Shown one piece after another: positions 1-4,583 of a stretch of 4,583 bases of DNA (position 1 is its first letter; every line of letters begins with the position of its first letter). The notes under the pieces were generated by a model. The model searched no databases. It was not told the DNA's origin and was given only the letters and a program-made list of their open reading frames with translations. Made by a program: the position numbers and the translations under genes. The stretch comes from a virus (Duplodnaviria > Heunggongvirae > Uroviricota > Caudoviricetes): IMG/VR virus record IMGVR_UViG_2698536337_000009; one strand, written 5' to 3'.

Positions 1-30
1 ACACTAAATCAGTAAGTTGGCAGCATCACC
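1..30 (-). mobile_element. IS1 terminus (left inverted repeat end); the element body lies left of the window
   Basis: Positions 1-30 are the exact reverse complement of the first 30 nt of IS1 as I recall it (GGTGATGCTGCCAACTTACTGATTTAGTGT). The 23-bp IRL occupies 8-30 and the element boundary is at 30/31. Confidence 0.85.
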
Positions 31-77
31 GAAGTGGTAAAGAAGATAATAAAGAATAATATTTAGGGTTATAGGTC

Positions 78-293
78 TTAGCCCATTTTGAAAACAAAAT
101 ATGCTACTATTGCACTTAATATGAAGGAAATGAATAGAAATATAGATGTTGATGTTTTTAGATATTTTTCAGGAAATAATGGGTGAGCAATAATGTATAC
201 AAGATTAAGTAGTATATAAATTGCTACCGGAATGAAAATCATGCTCCAGTGTGTATCTTTTTTGGGAGGGATTGGCTGCAAATAATCAGACAC
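78..293 (-). CDS. Hypothetical small membrane protein with two predicted transmembrane helices (71 aa from GTG at 293, or 54 aa from ATG at 242)
   Basis: Open frame in AT-rich DNA, where stop codons are frequent. Two hydrophobic stretches (WSMIFIPVAIYILLNLVYIIA and IFLFISFILSAIVAYFVF) are separated by a short polar loop. It lies 82 bp downstream of, and on the same strand as, the 125-aa ORF. The start is uncertain: GTG at 293 lacks a clear SD, and the internal ATG at 242 has a GGAG only 1 nt upstream. Confidence 0.4.
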   Translation of the reverse strand: MSDYLQPIPPKKDTHWSMIFIPVAIYILLNLVYIIAHPLFPEKYLKTSTSIFLFISFILSAIVAYFVFKMG

Positions 294-375
294 CGTTTTT
301 CCATCAGTTTCAAGAAGAATTACTAGATCTCTTACTTCACCACTGACTTGAGTGCATCCTTAGTAGTAATGTTAA

Positions 376-753
376 TCATTTTTTCCCTCCAAATACGATG
401 CCCTCTACGTCTTTGGAAGCTTTTTGTGATGACCACTCCTCTGAATCAGGTGATTTAATTAAAAATATTGTATCTCCATCAAAAATCGTATTTGTTCCGT
501 AAAAATTCACATTTGATAGATCACCACCAAAAACCCTCTGCCCACTCGAGGTAATTGCCTCACCTAATTTAGTAAAATTACCAGCAATAGATGATTTTCT
601 TTTTCCACTTCTATTCAAAGTGGCTTTAATTACACCACCACCATCCTTAGAGTTAAATAATTGAATGTCCACTCCAGCAGTTGGTTGTATATATTTTGAA
701 AGCTCTTTCTTGAACTTGTTAATATATTTATCTTTGTTTTCTTTGTTGGTCAT
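376..753 (-). CDS. Hypothetical 125-aa soluble protein, Lys-rich N-terminus, Gly/Ser-rich body, no Cys, no signal peptide; family not recognised
   Basis: A 378-nt open frame in a region of roughly one-third G+C, unlikely by chance. ATG at 753-751 follows an in-frame stop. Codon usage is AT-rich and consistent with the neighbouring membrane-protein ORF. The SD is weak (GGA about 10 nt upstream). Confidence 0.55.
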   Translation of the reverse strand: MTNKENKDKYINKFKKELSKYIQPTAGVDIQLFNSKDGGGVIKATLNRSGKRKSSIAGNFTKLGEAITSSGQRVFGGDLSNVNFYGTNTIFDGDTIFLIKSPDSEEWSSQKASKDVEGIVFGGKK

Positions 754-906
754 TGGTTAGATCCATAGTTCTGGCTGTGATTAGGTGAAAGTATACAAGG
801 TTTTTAAAGCGAAGATCACTGTTTTGGCTTCAAGATAGTTTTGATTTATCGTAATCAATCCGCCATAATCCTCTCATCGGAGCCTGAACAACTCCGGTGA
901 CTTCTG

Positions 907-930
907 CGCATTTAAGGGGACTTAAATGCG
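907..930. promoter_or_regulatory. Perfect hairpin/palindrome in the divergent intergenic region: CGCATTTAAG-GGGA-CTTAAATGCG
   Basis: Arms 907-916 and 921-930 are exact reverse complements around a 4-nt loop. The loop and right arm contain the AGGGGA Shine-Dalgarno and the ATG (926-928) of the small plus-strand ORF. No U-tract follows on either strand, so it is not a classical intrinsic terminator. Confidence 0.35.
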
Positions 931-1021
931 ACCACAATCTGAACTCATCACCTTGTCACAGATGCAGAAATGCACCTGCGATTTTCTGCATTCTGCGGTT
1001 TCCGTTAGGGAGGCCGTATGA
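926..1021 (+). CDS. Small 31-aa ORF, possibly ylcH-like, translationally coupled to ybcN
   Basis: ATG at 926 with AAGGGGA 5 nt upstream. Manual translation gives MRPQSELITLSQMQKCTCDFLHSAVSVREAV. Its stop TGA (1019-1021) overlaps the ybcN ATG (1018-1020) in an ATGA arrangement. It is below the ORF-track length cutoff. The position matches the ylcH slot upstream of ybcN in DLP12, but I cannot verify the sequence from memory. Confidence 0.3.
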   Translation: MRPQSELITLSQMQKCTCDFLHSAVSVREAV

Positions 1022-1473
1022 CTCTGCCAGTAGACGGCATCAAACTCCATCGCGGTAACTTCGCGGCCATCGGCCAGCAGATTCAGCCATTGCTGGATGC
1101 CGGGCAATGCTTACGCCTGCAGGTTAAGCCGTGGCGCGAGAAGCGCAGCCTGTCGCAGAACGCGCTCAGCCACATGTGGTACACGGAGATCAGCGAATAT
1201 CTCATCGCCCGCGGCAAGACCTTCGCTACGCCTGAGTGGGTCAAAGACGCGATGAAGCACACCTATCTCGGCTACGAAAGCAAAGACCGTGTAGATGTCG
1301 TGTCCGGCGAGGTCACCACCGTCCAATCCCTCCGCCATACGTCAGAGCTGGAAACCGGCGAGATGTACATCTTCCTGTGCAAAGTCGAAGCCTGGGCGAT
1401 GAATATCGGCTGCCACCTGACAATTCCGCAGAGCTGTGAATACCAGCAGCTGCGCGATAAGCAGGAGGCGTAA
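1018..1473 (+). CDS. ybcN: NinB-family protein (DLP12 YbcN-like), 151 aa
   Basis: 151-aa ORF with GGAGG 5 nt upstream of ATG. It contains a RSLSQNALSHMW motif resembling the lambda NinB RSLDQN region. Length and gene order (followed by ninE, ybcO, rusA) match the DLP12 nin region. Confidence 0.8.
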   Translation: MTLPVDGIKLHRGNFAAIGQQIQPLLDAGQCLRLQVKPWREKRSLSQNALSHMWYTEISEYLIARGKTFATPEWVKDAMKHTYLGYESKDRVDVVSGEVTTVQSLRHTSELETGEMYIFLCKVEAWAMNIGCHLTIPQSCEYQQLRDKQEA

Positions 1474-1643
1474 TGGCTACACCGCTTATTCGTGTCATGA
1501 ACGGGCACATCTACAGAGTATCAAATCGTCGTAAGCGTAAGCCTGAGCTGAAGCCATCCGAAATACCAACACTGCTCGGATATACCGCTAGCCTGGTTGA
1601 TAAAAAATGGTTGCGACTGGCAGCAAGGAGGAATCATGGCTGA
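1473..1643 (+). CDS. ninE: NinE-family protein, 56 aa
   Basis: Manual translation from ATG 1473 gives [61 protein letters not shown] lies 5 nt upstream. The start overlaps the ybcN stop (TAATG) and the stop overlaps the ybcO start. It is not in the ORF track because it is short. Confidence 0.75.
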   Translation: MATPLIRVMNGHIYRVSNRRKRKPELKPSEIPTLLGYTASLVDKKWLRLAARRNHG

Positions 1644-1926
1644 TTTGAGAAAAGCAGCGCGTGGTCGGGAATGCCAGGTAAGAATCCCTGGCGTATGTAA
1701 TGGCAATCCTGAAACGTCAGTACTGGCACATATCCGGCTGGCTGGATTGTGCGGTACCGGTATCAAACCGCCAGACCTGATTGCCACCATTGCATGTTCT
1801 GCCTGTCACGACGAAATCGACCGCCGCACATATTTTGTCGATGCTGAGTATGCAAAAGAATGCGCGCTGGAAGGTATGGCGAGAACGCAGGTTATCTGGC
1901 TGAAAGAGGGGGTTATTAAGGCGTGA
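1636..1926 (+). CDS. ybcO: YbcO-family Cys-rich protein (DUF1364-type, putative nuclease), 96 aa
   Basis: The internal ATG at 1636 is preceded by AAGGAGG and gives [32 protein letters not shown]..., matching the DLP12 YbcO N-terminus as I recall it. The Cys/His spacing suggests a zinc site. The ORF-track start at 1597 is an upstream in-frame extension. Confidence 0.8.
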   Translation: MADLRKAARGRECQVRIPGVCNGNPETSVLAHIRLAGLCGTGIKPPDLIATIACSACHDEIDRRTYFVDAEYAKECALEGMARTQVIWLKEGVIKA

Positions 1927-2285
1927 ATACCTACAGCATCACATTACCCTGGCCTCCGAGCAATAACCGCTATTACCGCCATAATCGCGGGCGCACACAC
2001 ATCAGCGCAGAAGGGCAGGCATACCGCGATAACGTCACCCGAATCATTAAAAACGCAATGCTGGATATCGGCCTGGCTATGCCAGTGAAAATCCGTATTG
2101 AGTGCCACATGCCGGATCGCCGTCGCCGTGACCTGGATAATCTGCAAAAAGCCGCTTTTGACGCACTCACCAAAGCAGGTTTCTGGCTGGATGATGCTCA
2201 GGTCGTTGATTACCGCGTTGTGAAGATGCCTGTTACCAAAGGTGGGAGGCTGGAACTGACCATCACCGAAATGGGGAATGAATGA
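1923..2285 (+). CDS. rusA: Holliday junction resolvase RusA, 120 aa
   Basis: Protein [26 protein letters not shown]...[11 protein letters not shown] is near-identical to E. coli RusA as I recall it. The GTG start at 1923 overlaps the ybcO stop (GTGA). Its position after ybcO is conserved. Confidence 0.9.
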   Translation: MNTYSITLPWPPSNNRYYRHNRGRTHISAEGQAYRDNVTRIIKNAMLDIGLAMPVKIRIECHMPDRRRRDLDNLQKAAFDALTKAGFWLDDAQVVDYRVVKMPVTKGGRLELTITEMGNE

Positions 2286-2422
2286 TGTTTGAGTTTTATA
2301 TGGCAGAACTTCTTCGCCACCGCTGGGGGCATCTGCGCTTATATCGTTTCCCCGGTTCTGTTTTGACCGATTACCGAATACTGAAGAATTACGCCAAAAC
2401 CCTGACAGGAGCAGGAGTATGA
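2282..2422 (+). CDS. ylcG: YlcG-like small protein, 46 aa
   Basis: Manual translation from ATG 2282 gives [46 protein letters not shown]. The start overlaps the rusA stop (ATGA). It sits in the conserved position between rusA and quuD. Confidence 0.65.
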   Translation: MMFEFYMAELLRHRWGHLRLYRFPGSVLTDYRILKNYAKTLTGAGV

Positions 2423-2507
2423 AGTCAGAGATAACAATCAACTAATACTGTTTTGTTGATTTTTGCTTGTAATTGGCGTTCTGGTCTGATTTTTGTGGAG
2501 TAAGTTG

Positions 2508-2891
2508 ATGCGTGATATTCAGATGGTTCTTGAGCGTTGGGGAGCGTGGGCGGCTAATAATCATGAAGATGTGACCTGGTCGTCCATTGCCGCCGGTTTT
2601 AAGGGATTAATTACTTCAAAAGTAAAATCTCGCCCGCAATGTTGTGACGATGACGCGATGATTATTTGCGGGTGCATGGCCCGTCTGAAAAAGAACAACA
2701 GCGATTTGCACGATTTATTAGTAGATTATTATGTAGTCGGTATGACATTCATGTCACTGGCAGGTAAGCATTGCTGCTCTGATGGTTATATCGGGAAAAG
2801 GTTACAGAAGGCTGAGGGCATAATTGAAGGGATGTTAATGGCATTAGATATCCGGTTAGAGATGGATATCGTTGTTAATAACTCTAATTAA
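2508..2891 (+). CDS. quuD: Late-gene antiterminator Q homologue (QuuD), 127 aa
   Basis: ATG at 2508 with GGAG 7 nt upstream. The protein [26 protein letters not shown]... with a Cys cluster ([13 protein letters not shown]) matches DLP12 QuuD as I recall it. The ORF-track start at 2493 is a TTG extension. Confidence 0.85.
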   Translation: MRDIQMVLERWGAWAANNHEDVTWSSIAAGFKGLITSKVKSRPQCCDDDAMIICGCMARLKKNNSDLHDLLVDYYVVGMTFMSLAGKHCCSDGYIGKRLQKAEGIIEGMLMALDIRLEMDIVVNNSN

Positions 2892-2908
2892 TATGCCAAT
2901 TGTTTACT

Positions 2909-2943
2909 AAAAATTATTAAAAATGGGGCGTTGCAACGCCCCC
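2909..2943 (-). terminator. Rho-independent terminator on the minus strand (likely nmpC/IpeX terminator)
   Basis: An 18-nt perfect palindrome GGGGCGTTGCAACGCCCC (2925-2942) is followed, on the minus strand, by ATTTTTAATAATTTTT. On the plus strand the hairpin is followed by CAAAAATAAA, so it is unidirectional. Confidence 0.5.
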
Positions 2944-3079
2944 AAAAATAAAGGGTAATATATAACAGAAGGTTTATATAGTTAGAAGCAAGGTTGTGCT
3001 CCTAAAGGAAGTGGCTTGAGGGAGCCACTTATATGTTGGGGAGGCAAAGCCTCCCGCAACATATCTTTTAGTAATCAAA
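2909..3079 (-). ncRNA. ipeX: Structured 3' UTR of nmpC; likely counterpart of the DLP12 sRNA IpeX
   Basis: About 170 nt between the nmpC stop (3080-3082) and the minus-strand terminator carry two further stable hairpins (3031-3064 and 3009-3030). From memory, IpeX is a DLP12 sRNA mapped immediately downstream of nmpC, between nmpC and quuD. The 5' end cannot be set from sequence. Confidence 0.35.
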
Positions 3080-4162
3080 TTAGAACTGGTAAACCATACC
3101 TACAGCAACGATATCATCGGTAGCAACGCCAGATGCTTTCGTGAAATCGCTCTTATCAATCAGGTTGATTTTGTAATCAACAAAAGTGGACATATTTTTG
3201 TTGAAGTAATAGGTTGCACCTACATCAATATATTCAACCAGGTCCTGATCACCCCACGCACCCAAGTCTTTTCCTTTAGATTGCAGGTAAGCAACGGACG
3301 GACGCAGACCGAAGTCGAACTGATATTGTGCAACTACTTCGAAGTTTTGTGCTTTGTTGGCAATATGGTTATTACCAAAAACAGTCATGTTCTGGGTTTC
3401 AGAATAGGTGGTAGCCAGATAGATGTTGTTCGCATCATATTTCAGACCAGCTGCCCATACTTCAGCATTTTGACCAGATGCATTCAGGCTGTTGTTACCG
3501 TAGATAACCTGATTATTAGTGCGGTCAGATTTAGCATAGGTTGCACCTACACCGAATCCTTCATACTCATAAGTAGTGGAGAAACCGAAACCATCACCAT
3601 TAGCTTCAGTTACGTCAGTGCGGTCATTTTTACCCTGATACTGAGCAGCAAAGTTCAGACCATCAACCAGACCAAAGAAGTCGTTGTTACGATAAGTTGC
3701 AACACCAGTGGTGCGACCAGTCATGAACACATCTGTTTGAGTCCAAGTGTCACCACCGAATTCTGGCAGGACGTCAGTCCACGCACCGATGTCGTATGCT
3801 ACACCGTAGTTACGGCCGTAATCGATGGAGCCGTAGTCACCGAATTTCAGGCCAGCGAAGGCAAGACGGGTTTTATCTTTGGAGGAACCTTGAGATTCAG
3901 CGCGGTTGCCTTTGAATTCATATTCCCACTGACCGAAACCAGTCAGTTGATCGTTGATTTGGGTTTCACCTTTGAAGCCAAGACGGGCATAAGTAGTATC
4001 ACCATCATCTGCATCATTAGAGGAGAAGTAGTGCTTAGCATTAACTTTCCCGTACAGATCCAGCTTGTTACTGTCTTTATTATAAATTTCAGCTGCCTGA
4101 GCAGACATCGCCATCAGTACTGATGCAGCTACAGCAGAAATTGCCACTGTTAATTTTTTCAT
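3080..4162 (-). CDS. nmpC: Outer membrane porin NmpC (OmpC/OmpF general porin family), intact, 360-aa precursor
   Basis: The protein has a classical signal peptide ([23 protein letters not shown], then AEIYNKD) and porin hallmarks throughout. It ends in the canonical C-terminal ...VGMVYQF and closely matches NmpC as I recall it. The start is chosen at ATG 4162, at the signal peptide; the ORF-track start at 4222 is a 20-codon upstream extension. Confidence 0.9.
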   Translation of the reverse strand: MKKLTVAISAVAASVLMAMSAQAAEIYNKDSNKLDLYGKVNAKHYFSSNDADDGDTTYARLGFKGETQINDQLTGFGQWEYEFKGNRAESQGSSKDKTRLAFAGLKFGDYGSIDYGRNYGVAYDIGAWTDVLPEFGGDTWTQTDVFMTGRTTGVATYRNNDFFGLVDGLNFAAQYQGKNDRTDVTEANGDGFGFSTTYEYEGFGVGATYAKSDRTNNQVIYGNNSLNASGQNAEVWAAGLKYDANNIYLATTYSETQNMTVFGNNHIANKAQNFEVVAQYQFDFGLRPSVAYLQSKGKDLGAWGDQDLVEYIDVGATYYFNKNMSTFVDYKINLIDKSDFTKASGVATDDIVAVGMVYQF

Positions 4163-4552
4163 CGTGAGCCCTTTTTTTGAACTATTATTAAAAAATGATG
4201 TCATTGCGCGATAAATATTCATCTAATCAATGTGATTATTTCAAGATGTAAGTTTTGGTTTCTCGTTTGATTTGTGAAGTAGATCTCTATTTTTATCTGA
4301 ACTTTTTTCTATCGAATCCTATTCATGGCTCTTGACTGAATAAAAATAAATCTATTAGCCAATTTATATTAACGGCTGTTATTTATAAGTGCTCTATAAT
4401 TTGAAGGTTCAATTTAAACCGGCTAAAAATAACACTGGAAATTATTTGTTGGTTATTTGTTGGGATTTGCTTATGTATTTGTAGTGGTGTTTTCAATACT
4501 CGGTAGCATTCTCGCAAATATCATTTAGTGGTTTACGTACGTAAAAAATTGG
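4163..4552 (-). promoter_or_regulatory. AT-rich nmpC 5' leader/promoter region, truncated at the IS1 junction
   Basis: A 390-bp strongly AT-rich non-coding stretch upstream of nmpC with no convincing ORF on either strand. It contains a TTGAAA -35-like element (minus strand) and an 11-bp tandem repeat at 4442-4463. The exact promoter cannot be assigned by eye. Confidence 0.3.
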
Positions 4553-4583
4553 GGTAATGACTCCAACTTATTGATAGTGTTTT
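4553..4583 (-). mobile_element. IS1 terminus (right inverted repeat end); the element body lies right of the window
   Basis: Positions 4553-4583 (GGTAATGACTCCAACTTATTGATAGTGTTTT) match the IS1 IRR and adjacent sequence read inward from the terminus. The element boundary is at 4552/4553, in the same orientation as the IS1 at the left edge. Confidence 0.85.

Noticed and set aside
1597-1635. 13-codon extension of ybcO
   Set aside because: ATG at 1636 with an AAGGAGG Shine-Dalgarno gives the expected 96-aa protein. The upstream part is the ninE 3' end read in another frame.
922-1790. Several overlapping ORFs on both strands (922-1107 -, 1111-1338 -, 1236-1439 +, 1272-1508 -, 1313-1510 -, 1521-1790 -)
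   Set aside because: All overlap ybcN, ninE or ybcO, which have clear family matches and coupled start sites. The Arg-rich low-complexity translations are typical of off-frame GC-rich sequence.
1944-2441. 165-aa and 66-aa minus-strand ORFs (1944-2441, 1973-2173)
   Set aside because: Antisense to rusA and ylcG in GC-rich DNA, where long open shadow frames are common. There are no start-site signals.
2493-2507. TTG-initiated 5-codon extension of quuD
   Set aside because: ATG at 2508 has a well-spaced GGAG and gives the expected 127-aa Q homologue.
3281-4123. 280-aa plus-strand ORF
   Set aside because: Lies entirely antisense to the high-confidence nmpC porin gene. The low-complexity translation has no recognisable features and is an expected shadow frame.
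4163-4222. 20-codon N-terminal extension of nmpC (ORF-track start at 4222)
   Set aside because: A classical signal peptide begins at the internal Met (ATG at 4162), and the extension [20 protein letters not shown] is not part of known porin precursors.
4332-4400. Plus-strand consensus-like promoter hexamers (TTGACT at 4332-4337, TATAAT at 4395-4400)
   Set aside because: The two hexamers are 57 bp apart and so cannot form one promoter. TATAAT has no acceptable -35 at 16-18 bp. Such matches are frequent by chance in AT-rich DNA and no plus-strand gene follows before IS1.
1-4583. CRISPR arrays, tRNA or rRNA genes
   Set aside because: No regularly spaced direct repeats, and no cloverleaf-compatible or rRNA-like sequence was seen anywhere in the window.

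Overview
This window is a lambdoid (DLP12-like) prophage segment of an Escherichia/Shigella-type genome, bracketed at both edges by IS1 termini in the same orientation (1-30 and 4553-4583). All calls rest on reading the sequence and on recalled protein families; no searches were run. Left to right: (i) an AT-rich minus-strand two-gene cassette (376-753, then 78-293) encoding a 125-aa soluble protein and a small two-helix membrane protein, neither of which I recognise; (ii) a GC-rich plus-strand nin-type module with overlapping stop/start codons: a 31-aa ORF, ybcN (NinB family), ninE, ybcO, rusA and ylcG; (iii) the late antiterminator gene quuD (Q homologue); (iv) a hairpin-rich 188-bp region that likely holds the IpeX-like 3' UTR and terminator of (v) an intact minus-strand nmpC porin gene; (vi) an AT-rich nmpC upstream region cut by the right-hand IS1. 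The best candidate for an undescribed system is the AT-rich cassette at 78-753. It sits in a divergent arrangement next to a perfect 10-bp-stem hairpin and differs sharply in composition from the flanking prophage genes, but its function cannot be determined from sequence alone.
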